Positions 48,001 to 55,526 of a stretch of DNA of 64,000 bases are shown in pieces. The translations under genes were made by a program, and so were the position numbers. The stretch is from Dehalococcoidales bacterium (GTDB taxonomy: Bacteria; Chloroflexota; Dehalococcoidia; Dehalococcoidales; RBG-16-60-22): assembly GCA_034414775.1 (NCBI GenBank), contig DAOULX010000008.1, forward strand, positions 659 to 64,658, given 5' to 3'. Position 1 is the stretch's first letter. Each line of letters begins with the position of its first letter. The notes under the pieces were generated by a model that searched no databases, was not told the DNA's origin, and saw only the letters and a program-made list of their open reading frames with translations.

Positions 48001-48566
48001 TCCCGGGCCAGCCCCAGCAGGGCCAGGTTGCGGGCCGTATCCCCGTAGACCAGGTTCTGCTGCAGCTCGATGTAGTAGCTGTCCGTCCCGAACCAGTCCA
48101 GATACCGACGGACAAGCTCCCTGGCCGCGTCCGGGGGCGCCTTGCCGATTAACTGCGCCAACTCGCCTTTCGGGCAGCCGGACAGGGCGATGAGGCCTTC
48201 CGCGTGGGCGGGGAGGAGGGCGGAATCGAGCTCGGGCTCGTAGCGCTCGCCGGAGGCATGGGCGGCGGTGATGAGACGGCAGAGGTTGCGGTAGCCCCGG
48301 CTGTCCTTCACCAGCAGGGTCAGGTGGCCGCCGCCTTTGAGGGTCATCTCCGTGCCGATGATGCCGGGCACCTCCAGGGAGCGGGCCAGCCGGGCGAAGC
48401 GCATCGCCCCGCAGAGGTTATCATGGTCGGTGACGGCCAGGGCGCGGTAGCACAGGTCTTTGGCGCGCGCCAGCAGCTCCTCCAGCGACGAAGCGCCGTC
48501 GTGGAAGGAGTAGTAGCTGTGGCAGTGAAGCTCGGCGTAAGGCATGGTTCCAAATCGGTCTGTCAT
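45030..48566 (-). CDS. dnaE2: error-prone DNA polymerase III alpha-type subunit DnaE2 (ImuC) carrying a repeat-derived in-frame insertion
   Basis: It has the PHP N-terminus YAELHCHSYYSFHDGASSLEELL..ALAVTDHDNLCG and is collinear with the DnaE body. The first ATG (48566) lies inside a repeat module, so the ATG at 48545 (MPYAELH) is the more likely start. Confidence 0.85.
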   Translation of the reverse strand: MTDRFGTMPYAELHCHSYYSFHDGASSLEELLARAKDLCYRALAVTDHDNLCGAMRFARLARSLEVPGIIGTEMTLKGGGHLTLLVKDSRGYRNLCRLITAAHASGERYEPELDSALLPAHAEGLIALSGCPKGELAQLIGKAPPDAARELVRRYLDWFGTDSYYIELQQNLVYGDTARNLALLGLARETGARVAATGNVHYHVRERHRLQDCLVAIKECKSLEETHRERRPNSEFYLRPISEMEELFRDCPEALANTVEIAGRCSFDLTRNLDYTFPDYPVPEGFTPESYLEKLCAEAAVRRYGSVTPAVRARLDEEFRLINRYNLAGFLLMYHEVINLGREVMIEQGLSDPSLTLEEAPPGRGRGSSVALLVGYLIGLSHIDPLQYRLSLERFLPEDVMTNVPDIDLDFPRSIREDLILRTHEKWGWRHAALTGTINTYMVKGAVRDLGKALGLPEPEVDQLAKNVDWGSARKLEEKMKKIPAFKDRTDAPVWRDLIALAAELDGFPKYLGQHPGGMILSSSPLIDIVPVQRGAIEGRYVCQWDKDSIDDAGFVKIDFLALGALSQMQEAVGLIKERTGRRIDLSRIDFEDNDVYDMLCRGDTIGIFQVESAAQMQTITRLRPRNLLDMAHEVGAVRPGVGVNHGVHEYLSRRTGRKPVTYDHPLERRALERTLGIVLFQDQVNQLAIDVAGFSPSEADRLRRAFGRKHNEALIEDYRQKFLAGAAEKGVDEASAEKVFKKFNGQYMFPESHAFAFGVTAYQAAWMKYHYPLEFFVAIFNQQPMGFYNLETLKEDARRHGIRVLNPDINKSRAKCVIEECHPDSLFCYPELHSCHPEPFGYTQGKLREGSRGGECTASLRDSSVAALPQNDSSFSVIPAKAGIQSDVGRGGGKSPLIPLYGRGRVEEFSLNPSLRRRETDGAKSKEGLEGPSSPLRKGRAREGFIHAALRLGFLNVLGLGGAAAEAIEKARENGEFRGIGDFLERTGVLEEVALNLAGAGAFDGLESNRRKVKWEIGLRYRPVNSQLPLPLPVAQDLVELEAPGEWERMKEEYSVLSLFPAGHIMSRLRPGFGPEVRTSRDIARLGDGAPVTTAGMVIRRQRPQGKVTFITLEDEFGHIPCMVFPKVYGRHEPKFKMPFLVVSGRLTRREGTCNLVITRVEPFTALDKVPASKDFR
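45731..46103. repeat. composite block of hairpin / TGTCATYCTGAG modules lying inside the dnaE2 reading frame
   Basis: Hairpins lie at 45743-45765, 45808-45828, 45851-45871 and 45876-45890. The GGAATCCAG-type hairpin lies at 45909-45936. tgtcattctgagggagcgccgcgaccgaagaatc starts at 45947, its inverted partner ends at 46061, and further heads lie at 46066-46080 and 46088-46103. Confidence 0.8.
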
Positions 48567-48649
48567 TCCGAGCGATAGCGAAGAATCTCGGAGAGGGGCG
48601 GCGGAAAAGTCCCACCGCCCCGGGACCCTTCGCTCCGCTCAGGGTGACA
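48561..48649. repeat. inverted pair of TGTCATYCTGAG-type repeat modules in the dnaE2 5' region
   Basis: tgtcattccgagcgatagcgaagaatctcggagaggggcggcgg faces cccaccgccccgggacccttcgctccgctcagggtgaca. Confidence 0.8.
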
Positions 48650-48717
48650 ACGAAAAACGGTTTTTAATTTTAAGCTATGGCTTTAAGCTCATTCAGGATT
48701 TAGAGCTTAGAACTTCC

Positions 48718-49002
48718 CTAATAATCCTGTTGATACCACTCCCCGCTGATAATGTCCTTGTAAAGCACCGCCCGGTGCCCGGAGGCGAGGCGGACACTGT
48801 AATAGAGGCGCGCCACCGGCTCGCGGCGCCACCACTCGTCGTCGATGCGCCAGCAGTCCTTGATGTCCGTCACGACCTGACGCCGCTTTGCCCGGACGGC
48901 GGCCGGCAGCCCTTCGGCGTCTTCCTCGACGTGCACCGGCTCCGGGGCATTTACCGGTTTGCTGGCGTCAGCGCGTAGCGTCTCTCCGGTATCCGGGACC
49001 AC
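48718..49002 (-). CDS. small Trp-rich conserved-looking protein between imuB and dnaE2 (function unknown)
   Basis: 94 aa containing CWRIDDEWWRREPVARLYYSVRLASGHRAVLYKDIISGEWYQQ. The ATG start overlaps the imuB 3' end by 52 nt. An alternative GTG at 48936, after GGAG, would avoid the overlap. Confidence 0.55.
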   Translation of the reverse strand: MVPDTGETLRADASKPVNAPEPVHVEEDAEGLPAAVRAKRRQVVTDIKDCWRIDDEWWRREPVARLYYSVRLASGHRAVLYKDIISGEWYQQDY

Positions 49003-50129
49003 GGCTCGACCTCCTTGACCGTGAACACCTGGGGATTGCCCAGCCGGAACTCAAGCTGGCGGATATCGTCCATCAGGTGGTCTTTGGCCCTGACCCTGGA
49101 GAACAGGCTGCGCTGCCGTCCCCGCGGGTAGCCCAGGCCGGTGATCCGCAGGCCCACCTGCTCCACGGGGCCGGGCTGGGGATAGCTCTCCAGTACCCGC
49201 TTGATGCGGTTAACGGCGGCCCGGATATCCATGGCCGGCTCCTTGAACTGGATGCCCCTCTCCCAGTGCTCCGCCCCCCAGGTACGCGTCCACAGGGTCA
49301 GGCCACGGATACCCCTCCCCCGGGAGCCGTCCCGCGCCATGGCCTTGACGAGAAGATCCTCCACCGCCACCAGGACGGCCTCCAGGGAGACGGTCACCGA
49401 GGTCAACGCGGTGCTCTCCTCGATGGTCTCCTCGCCGCCGCGGGGATACAGCGGCGTGTCGTCTTCGCCCCGCGCCAGCGCCGCTATCCTCCGGCCCTCC
49501 TCGCCGAACTGGGACTGGAGGGGGCCGGGGGCCAGGGCCGCCAGCTGCCCCAGGGTATTTATCCCGAAATCGTGCAGGCGGTCTTTAATCCTGATGGAGA
49601 CGGGCAGGACGTCGCAGGGCAACTCCCGGAGGAAATCCCCCGCCTCCCCCGCCAGTATCCGGTGCCCGCCGGGAGGGCCGCGGCGGGTGGCCAGATACGC
49701 CAGGAACTTGTTCCCGGCAATCCCCAGGCAGGGGGAGAAGATATCGGGTACGGCTTCCCTCATCGCCGCCAGCAGGGCGTCATCATCCGGGTAGATAAGC
49801 TGGAGCCCGTCCACGCCGACGTAGGCACAGCCCAGCTCGTCGCCTTCCACCAGAGGGCTCCTCTCTTCCAGCGCGTCCAGTATCTCATCGAAGGCGGACC
49901 AGTAGCGGGGCATATCGGCGGGGAGCAGTCGGGCCTCCCCATAGCGGGCCAGGGCCTGCTGGAGGGGCATGCCGGATTGCAGGCCTTCCAGCCCGGGGGA
50001 GTAGTCCAAGACGAGCTTCTGCGAGCCCGCGGCGGCGGTTATCACCGCCGGGCGGCCCTGGATATCCGGTTGCTTCCGGACCTCGCACATGAGGGGAAAA
50101 TGCGGCAGCAGTATACAGAGTATTCTCAT
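48951..50129 (-). CDS. imuB: ImuB, Y-family-polymerase-like mutasome subunit
   Basis: It begins MRILCILLPHFPLMCEV, where DinB has its catalytic acidic residues, as expected for ImuB. The IMS-like body contains GIAGNKFLAYLA and HDFGINTLGQLAAL. The start at 50129 is preferred over the ORF-track start at 50165. Confidence 0.8.
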   Translation of the reverse strand: MRILCILLPHFPLMCEVRKQPDIQGRPAVITAAAGSQKLVLDYSPGLEGLQSGMPLQQALARYGEARLLPADMPRYWSAFDEILDALEERSPLVEGDELGCAYVGVDGLQLIYPDDDALLAAMREAVPDIFSPCLGIAGNKFLAYLATRRGPPGGHRILAGEAGDFLRELPCDVLPVSIRIKDRLHDFGINTLGQLAALAPGPLQSQFGEEGRRIAALARGEDDTPLYPRGGEETIEESTALTSVTVSLEAVLVAVEDLLVKAMARDGSRGRGIRGLTLWTRTWGAEHWERGIQFKEPAMDIRAAVNRIKRVLESYPQPGPVEQVGLRITGLGYPRGRQRSLFSRVRAKDHLMDDIRQLEFRLGNPQVFTVKEVEPWSRIPERRYALTPANR

Positions 50130-50151
50130 GGTTTCACCCCGGCAAGTAACC

Positions 50152-50181
50152 ATTATATAGAACATTAGTTCTGTTTGTCAA
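50152..50181 (-). promoter_or_regulatory. SOS-type promoter: TTGACA / TATAAT with a Cheo-type LexA box in the spacer
   Basis: On the minus strand, TTGACA (50181-50176) is followed by an 18-nt spacer containing the palindrome AGAAC-ATTA-GTTCT (50159-50172) and then TATAAT (50157-50152). The imuB ATG is at 50129. Confidence 0.65.
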
Positions 50182-50364
50182 GTCCCCCGTCCGTTCGTGA
50201 TTGCAAAACCACGTATGACAACTGTAAACTAGGCACTATGTAATGCTTTTGCAACTTTTCCAGGCCGGGTTTTATGATTTTGTAACAAACGGTTTGCTAA
50301 CATTGAAGACGATACCGGAGGGCAAACGCCGTTCGATGCGGTGAACCGCCGTAAGGAGGCAAGC

Positions 50365-51303
50365 ATGAAAAAAATCACCGGCCTGCTCATGGTCACGCTG
50401 GTCGCTATCATCCTCGTAATGTCAGCCTGCAACGGTGACGGCACCGGCTCCAGCAAAGGGCCGATCACCGTCGGCTCGAAGATAGATACCGAAGGCGGCC
50501 TGCTGGCGCAAATGATCATCGCCATGCTTAAAGATAACGGCTTCGATGTCGTTGATAAAGCCCAGTTCGGCCCAACTGACATTGTCCGCAAGGCAATCAA
50601 CAGCGGGGAACTGGATATCTATCCGGAGTATACCGGTAACGGCGCTTTCTTCTTCGACGAGGCGGACTCCCCGGTCTGGAAAAACGCCCGGCAGGGGTAC
50701 GAGCGTGTCAAGGAGCTCGATATGGACGCAAACAATATTGTCTGGCTGACCCCCGCCCCCGCCAATAACACCTGGGCCATCGCCATTCCCAAAGACCTTG
50801 CCGATTCCAAGGGACTTAAAACCCTAGACGATTTTGCGGCTTACGTTAACGGTGGCGGGTATGTTAAGCTGATCGGCTCCGAGGAGTTTGTCACCAGCGC
50901 CGCCGCCCTGCCTTCTTTCGAACAGGCCTACGGTTTCACTCTGATGCAGGAACAACTGGTGACCGTCTCCAGTGGCGATACCGCCCAGACGGAAAAGGCC
51001 GCCTATGAGGGCACCGACGGCGTTAACGCCGCCATGGCTTACGGCACCGACGGGAGCCTGAGCGCTTTCAACCTGGTAATCCTGGATGACCCGCGCGGTG
51101 CCCAGCCGGTCTATGAGCCGGCCCCGATAATCCGCGGCGAGGTCTACGACCAGTACCCCGAGATAGGCGACATATTGGAACCCGTCTTTAAGGGCCTGGA
51201 CCTGGAAACGCTGCAGGACCTGAACGGCAGGATCGCCGTCGAAGGCCAGAGCGCCTTTGATGTAGCCAATGACTACCTGAAACAGGAAGGATTTCTGAAT
51301 TAA
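50365..51303 (+). CDS. osmoprotectant (glycine betaine/choline-type) ABC transporter substrate-binding lipoprotein
   Basis: AAGGAGG lies 5 nt before the ATG at 50365. The lipobox (VMSA-C) is followed by ITVGSKIDTEGGLLAQMIIAMLKDNGF..SGELDIYPEYTGNG, typical of OpuBC/OpuCC/OsmX-type proteins. Confidence 0.8.
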   Translation: MKKITGLLMVTLVAIILVMSACNGDGTGSSKGPITVGSKIDTEGGLLAQMIIAMLKDNGFDVVDKAQFGPTDIVRKAINSGELDIYPEYTGNGAFFFDEADSPVWKNARQGYERVKELDMDANNIVWLTPAPANNTWAIAIPKDLADSKGLKTLDDFAAYVNGGGYVKLIGSEEFVTSAAALPSFEQAYGFTLMQEQLVTVSSGDTAQTEKAAYEGTDGVNAAMAYGTDGSLSAFNLVILDDPRGAQPVYEPAPIIRGEVYDQYPEIGDILEPVFKGLDLETLQDLNGRIAVEGQSAFDVANDYLKQEGFLN

Positions 51304-51329
51304 AGCCGGCCGCAGGACGCGGCCGCAGT

Positions 51330-52535
51330 ATGGACAGGATGCGGCAGCCCTATAGCTCGGACCGCCTGGCGCTTACCGGCTCGCTCATCGGGCTGGCCTC
51401 GCTCATCCCCAGCTGGCTGACATTGCGACCAAACCGCCTGGCGGCCGGCATCGACCAGAGCATCTGGGAAAGTCTGGGCCCAGTAGAAGGTGGGGTAATA
51501 ACCGGGCTCTGGCTGTTTTGCCTTCTCATCGGACTAATGACCCAGCCCTCGGAGTCCGATTCCAAAGACTGGCAAGGCCTTGGGCTTGGTATCGCTGCCA
51601 ACGGCATTATAATCCTCATTTTCTGGTCGGTCGGGCTGGGCAGCGCCCGGCTGCTGGCCGACCAGCCATCCATCGCCAGGGTATCGCTTGGCGTTGGTTT
51701 CTGGATAGCCCTGGCCGGCGCCTACACCCTGGTCTATGCAGCCCGCCGCCGATTGACCGACCGAGGCATCTGGCGTCACCTGGTATCCTGGAGCGGACTC
51801 ATTATCGCCGCTGGCCTGCTTGGCGCTGGCTGGTTGGGCAACGTTTCCGTGCTGGAGGAATATGCCGGAAACCAGGCCCGTTTTTTCCAGGAGGTGGTGC
51901 AGCATGCCCGCCTTTTCGGGAGCAGCGTAATCATCGCCACGCTACTGGGTATCCCACTAGGCGTCTGGGCCACCCGCAGCCGCTTTGCCGAGCGGCCGGT
52001 ATTTTTCGTCACCAATATCGTGCAAACGGTGCCCAGCCTGGCCCTTTTCGGACTGCTGATCGCCCCGCTTTCGGCGCTGTCCTTCGCCTACCCCGCGCTC
52101 CGAGATATCGGCATACGGGGCGTCGGCGTGGCCCCGGCCATCATCGCCCTGACGATCTACTCGTTACTGCCAATTGTGCGGAATACCTTTGTCGGCATCC
52201 GCCACGTCGATCCCGCCGCCATTGACGCCGGACTGGGCATGGGCATGAGCCGCCGGCAGGTCTTCTTCAGAATAGAGGCGCGGCTGGCCGCCCCGCTGGT
52301 GTTGGAAGGCGTCCGCACCGCGGCAGTACAGGCGGTCGGGCTGACCACGGTAGCGGCTCTCATCGGGGCCGGCGGGTTGGGTTGGTTCGTCTTTCAGGGG
52401 ATCGGCCAGGCTGCCGCGGACCTGATCATCCTGGGGGCGATACCGGTGATTATCATAGCCCTGTTCGTAGACGCCCTTATGCGCATTATCATCAAACTGG
52501 GGACGCCCCCCGGGGTAAGGAGGGAAAGCGAGTGA
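51330..52535 (+). CDS. ABC transporter permease (Opu/Osm-type) with ~190-aa N-terminal membrane extension
   Basis: The C-terminal half is a BPD_transp_1-type permease (SLALFGLLIAP..IRNTFVGIRHVDPAAIDAGLGMGMS). The N-terminal half adds extra hydrophobic spans. Confidence 0.8.
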   Translation: MDRMRQPYSSDRLALTGSLIGLASLIPSWLTLRPNRLAAGIDQSIWESLGPVEGGVITGLWLFCLLIGLMTQPSESDSKDWQGLGLGIAANGIIILIFWSVGLGSARLLADQPSIARVSLGVGFWIALAGAYTLVYAARRRLTDRGIWRHLVSWSGLIIAAGLLGAGWLGNVSVLEEYAGNQARFFQEVVQHARLFGSSVIIATLLGIPLGVWATRSRFAERPVFFVTNIVQTVPSLALFGLLIAPLSALSFAYPALRDIGIRGVGVAPAIIALTIYSLLPIVRNTFVGIRHVDPAAIDAGLGMGMSRRQVFFRIEARLAAPLVLEGVRTAAVQAVGLTTVAALIGAGGLGWFVFQGIGQAAADLIILGAIPVIIIALFVDALMRIIIKLGTPPGVRRESE

Positions 52536-53629
52536 TTACGTTAGAACGCGTGAACAAACGCTACGGTGAAACGGTCGCTGTCAGCGAACTTTCCCTGGAA
52601 ATCGGGGAGGGCGAGGTCTGTATCCTCATCGGGCCGTCCGGCTGTGGAAAAACGACAACACTACGCATGATGAACCGACTCGTCAGGCCAACCTCAGGCC
52701 GCATTTTAATCGATGGTAAAGATACCAGCCGAATTTCCCCGGAGAAGCTGCGCCTCTCGATCGGTTATGCCATCCAGAGCGTCGGCCTTTTTCCTCACCT
52801 GACCGTATCACAAAATATCAGCGTCGTACCACAGCTCCTGCACTGGGAAAAAGGCCGGGTGAGGCAGCGCATTGAAGAGCTATTGGAGCTGGTGGGACTG
52901 GACGCCACCGAATACTCCCATAAATACCCCTCCCAACTCTCCGGGGGAGAAGCTCAGCGTATCGGGGTGGCCCGGGCGCTGGCGGCAGACCCACCCATCA
53001 TGCTCATGGACGAACCATTCGGCGCCGTCGATCCACTTACCCGCGAGAGGCTCCAGGCCCAGTTCCTGCGTATCCAGCAGGAAGTGAAAAAGACCATTGT
53101 CCTGGTGACGCATGACCTCGATGAGGCCATCCGCCTGGCCGACCGCATTGCCATCATGGAGTCAGGACGGCTGGTGCAGTACGATACTCCGGAAACGATA
53201 CTTTCCCGGCCCGTCAACATGTTCGTCCGAGACTTTGTCGGTACCGACCGCGCCCTGAAGCGTCTTTCCCGTATCAGCATCAAAAGCTACATTAAAAAAG
53301 CTCCCTCAGTCTCCATAGAAAGCAAGCCGCAGGAGGCGCTGGCTGGTGCCGGGGACTTCCGCTGGCTGTGGGTGGTGAACGATAACGGGAGTCTCATCGG
53401 CTGGGTCGACAGGGACAACCTGACGAAAGCGGCTTCCATCAGCGAGGTCATGGACCATAGGGGGGCTAGCGAGATCTCGATAACTGAAAACGCCAGCCTC
53501 AAAGAGGCTTTGTCAAGGATGCTGGGCCTTGGTTTCCGACATCTCCCCGTCATTGACGAGGAAGGCCGCCTCCTCGGAGAGCTGGCCCTGCATGACGTCG
53601 AGTCCGCCACCATGGACGGAGACGATTAA
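52532..53629 (+). CDS. ABC transporter ATP-binding protein with C-terminal CBS pair (OpuCA/OsmV-type)
   Basis: GTG start after AAGGAGGGA, overlapping the permease stop. It has Walker A GPSGCGKTT, the signature LSGGEAQR and Walker B IMLMDEP. The CBS region contains FRHLPVIDEEGRLLG. Confidence 0.9.
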   Translation: MITLERVNKRYGETVAVSELSLEIGEGEVCILIGPSGCGKTTTLRMMNRLVRPTSGRILIDGKDTSRISPEKLRLSIGYAIQSVGLFPHLTVSQNISVVPQLLHWEKGRVRQRIEELLELVGLDATEYSHKYPSQLSGGEAQRIGVARALAADPPIMLMDEPFGAVDPLTRERLQAQFLRIQQEVKKTIVLVTHDLDEAIRLADRIAIMESGRLVQYDTPETILSRPVNMFVRDFVGTDRALKRLSRISIKSYIKKAPSVSIESKPQEALAGAGDFRWLWVVNDNGSLIGWVDRDNLTKAASISEVMDHRGASEISITENASLKEALSRMLGLGFRHLPVIDEEGRLLGELALHDVESATMDGDD

Positions 53630-53632
53630 ACA

Positions 53633-54394
53633 ATGTTCCGATTGCAGGCTCAGGCCAGGCGGTGGATCTTTCTCGTTATTGCGGTAGCGGCGTTTATCGT
53701 GATCATTGCCAATATGGGCTGGTGGCAGACCGCCTTGCACTACCTGTTCCCGTCGGAGACCACCGTACTCCACCCGCGTGCCAATCTCGGGGTGCTCGTC
53801 TGGGAGCACATTCAGCTCGTCGTTATTTCGAGTGCTATTACCATTATCCTAGGCATACCGCTGGGAATATGGGTCACCCGCCCCGGCGGACGGGACTTCC
53901 TACCGCTGGTGACGGATATCGTTTCCTTCGGGCAGACCTTCCCGCCGGTGGCCGTCCTGGCGCTGACCGTGCCCATGCTGGGTTTCGGCCTGGTACCCAC
54001 CGTCGTCGCCCTGTTCCTCTACGGCCTTCTCCCGGTCGTCCGCAACACCATCGCCGGGCTGCGGGCCGTGCCTCCCCATCTCCTCGATGCGGCTTACGGC
54101 CTGGGCATGGGGCGGTTCCAGGCGCTCTACCGGGTGGAAATCCCCCTGGCCGTGCCGGTGATTATCGCAGGGGTACGTATTTCGGTGATTATAAACATCG
54201 GGACGGCAATGATAGGGGCGGTCATCGGCGCCGGCGGCCTCGGCTCGCCAATCGTCGCCGGCCTGGTGCGTGATAACCTGGCCTTCATCATCGAGGGGGC
54301 CCTGCCGGCGGCCATGCTGGCCATCCTGGCCGACCAGCTCCTGGGCAACATCGAGAGCCTCTTTGCCTACGAAGGAAGGGCTGCATCGGTATAG
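53633..54394 (+). CDS. ABC transporter permease (Opu/Osm-type)
   Basis: 253 aa containing FLYGLLPVVRNTIAGLRAVPPHLLDAAYGLGMG, an EAA-like loop. Confidence 0.85.
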   Translation: MFRLQAQARRWIFLVIAVAAFIVIIANMGWWQTALHYLFPSETTVLHPRANLGVLVWEHIQLVVISSAITIILGIPLGIWVTRPGGRDFLPLVTDIVSFGQTFPPVAVLALTVPMLGFGLVPTVVALFLYGLLPVVRNTIAGLRAVPPHLLDAAYGLGMGRFQALYRVEIPLAVPVIIAGVRISVIINIGTAMIGAVIGAGGLGSPIVAGLVRDNLAFIIEGALPAAMLAILADQLLGNIESLFAYEGRAASV

Positions 54395-54395
54395 T

Positions 54396-54487
54396 AAACA
54401 GTTGTCAGTTTACAGTTTACAGTTTACAGTCCCCACCCCGACCCCTTTTCTAGAAAACTGTAGGCTGTATACGGTATACTGTAAACC
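54396..54487. promoter_or_regulatory. CAGTTTA heptamer tandem (3.5 units) plus inverted ACTGTAAAC copy just upstream of the second etfB
   Basis: cagtttacagtttacagtttacagt (54406-54430) and actgtaaac (54478-54486) are exact reverse complements of each other's core. A related aaaactgtagg lies at 54455-54465. Confidence 0.35.
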
Positions 54488-54489
54488 AA

Positions 54490-55281
54490 ATGCTGAATAT
54501 TATCGTCTTTGCCAAGGTCGTCATCGATCCCGAAGCCCCCGCCTCCACTTTCAAACTCGATCCCGAAGGACAAAGGGTCGTGCCCGGAGCCGGCGTACCG
54601 CCCGTGGTGAATCCCTACGACGAGAACGCTCTGGAAGCCGCTTTGAGACTTAAAGAAGTCCAACCCTGTAATATAACGGTTATCAGCGCCGGCAAGACCG
54701 TACCGAAGGCCATCGTCAGGAAATGCCTGGCGGTAGGCGCCGACAACCTGGTCGTCATCGAAGACGAAACGCTCGATAACGCCGATAGCCATACTACCGC
54801 CCGGATACTCGCGGCGGCTGTGCGAAAACTGGAAGATTTCGACCTTATCCTGGCTGGCCGCATGGCGTCGGATACCAATGCCGGTCAGGTCGGCGCCGGT
54901 ATAGCCGAATTACTGGGCATTCCTGCCGTCACTACCGCCCGTAAAATAGAAGTCAATGGGAACCATGTACGCATAGAAAGCGCCCTGGCCGACGGCCATG
55001 AGGTTGTTGAGAGCGGCCTGCCCTGCCTGATCACCGTCAGCCATGAACTGGGGGAGATAAGGCCTGCCGGCGTCAAAGGGCTGATGGCGGCCCAGAAACA
55101 GCCTTTTACCGCCTGGAAGGCTGCCGACCTGGAGGTGGAATCATTGTCCCTGCAAAGGAACCGGACAATACGCCTGTTCATCCCGGAAAAAGCGGTGAAC
55201 TGCGAAATGCTCGACGGCGCTACGCCAGAGGAAGCCGGGGCCGCCCTGGCACTCAAGCTGCGGGAGACTGCCGGGATATAG
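54490..55281 (+). CDS. etfB: electron transfer flavoprotein beta subunit, second copy, without an adjacent alpha subunit
   Basis: It begins MLNIIVFAKVVIDPEA and contains NPYDENALEAALRLKE, LILAGRMASD and GAGIAELLGIPAVT. 263 aa. Confidence 0.85.
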   Translation: MLNIIVFAKVVIDPEAPASTFKLDPEGQRVVPGAGVPPVVNPYDENALEAALRLKEVQPCNITVISAGKTVPKAIVRKCLAVGADNLVVIEDETLDNADSHTTARILAAAVRKLEDFDLILAGRMASDTNAGQVGAGIAELLGIPAVTTARKIEVNGNHVRIESALADGHEVVESGLPCLITVSHELGEIRPAGVKGLMAAQKQPFTAWKAADLEVESLSLQRNRTIRLFIPEKAVNCEMLDGATPEEAGAALALKLRETAGI

Positions 55282-55286
55282 AATAA

Positions 55287-55323
55287 TGTCATTCTGAAGG
55301 CACGAAGCGACCGAAGAACCTCG
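55287..55323. repeat. single TGTCATTCTGA-type repeat module at the etfB / pseudogene junction
   Basis: tgtcattctgaaggcacgaagcgaccgaagaacctcg. Confidence 0.75.
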
Positions 55324-55337
55324 TTGTTAAGGGCAAA

Positions 55338-55526
55338 CAAATCCATCCCTGTCACCTGGGGCGCTACCTGGGTTAGGACGGCTTCTATGATGCCCCACGC
55401 CGCGTCCTCGCCGCCCTGCCGGGTGTAGAGCTGGTGGAAATGGAGCGCCGCCGCGAGAACGCCTGGTGCTGCGGGGCGGGGGCGGGTGTCAGTCAGGCCA
55501 ACCCGGAACTTGCCCTGTGGACGGCT
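55338..55526 (+). pseudogene. C-terminal fragment of a CCG-domain Fe-S oxidoreductase (paralog of 7899-9164), with internal deletion and stop
   Basis: It reads [62 protein letters not shown]. The intact paralog has TYHDPCYLGRLGE..(30 aa)..GVYEPPRDVLKSLPGIKLMEMTRIKEYAWCCGAGGGVNESNPEFARWTA. Confidence 0.7.

Noticed and set aside
46056-48152. 698-aa ORF on the + strand
   Set aside because: It is antisense to the well-supported dnaE2 gene. Its composition is low-complexity and rich in G, A, V, L, P and R, typical of shadow ORFs in GC-rich DNA, and it has no RBS.
48888-50168. 426-aa ORF on the + strand
   Set aside because: It is antisense to imuB and to the small Trp-rich ORF. It is a Pro/Gly/Arg/Gln-rich shadow ORF.
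50182-50364. Looked for a c-di-AMP (ydaO-type) or other riboswitch ahead of the osmoprotectant importer, and for a cobalamin riboswitch at 57694-57992
   Set aside because: I could not find the conserved core motifs by eye (for example a B12 box or the ydaO pseudo-symmetric ACGGGGA/CCCGA-type elements). Only TTGCAA-like short repeats are present. A covariance-model scan would be decisive.
52382-52531. N-terminal 50-codon extension of the ABC ATPase ORF
   Set aside because: It lies inside the preceding permease gene. The conserved ATPase N-terminus (VITLERVNKRYG) starts at the GTG at 52532, which is preceded by AAGGAGGGA.
39575-55323. Possible CRISPR array because of recurring ~35-45-nt units
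   Set aside because: The units occur as inverted pairs and stacked hairpins at irregular distances in five separate places. There is no constant repeat-spacer periodicity and there are no cas genes.
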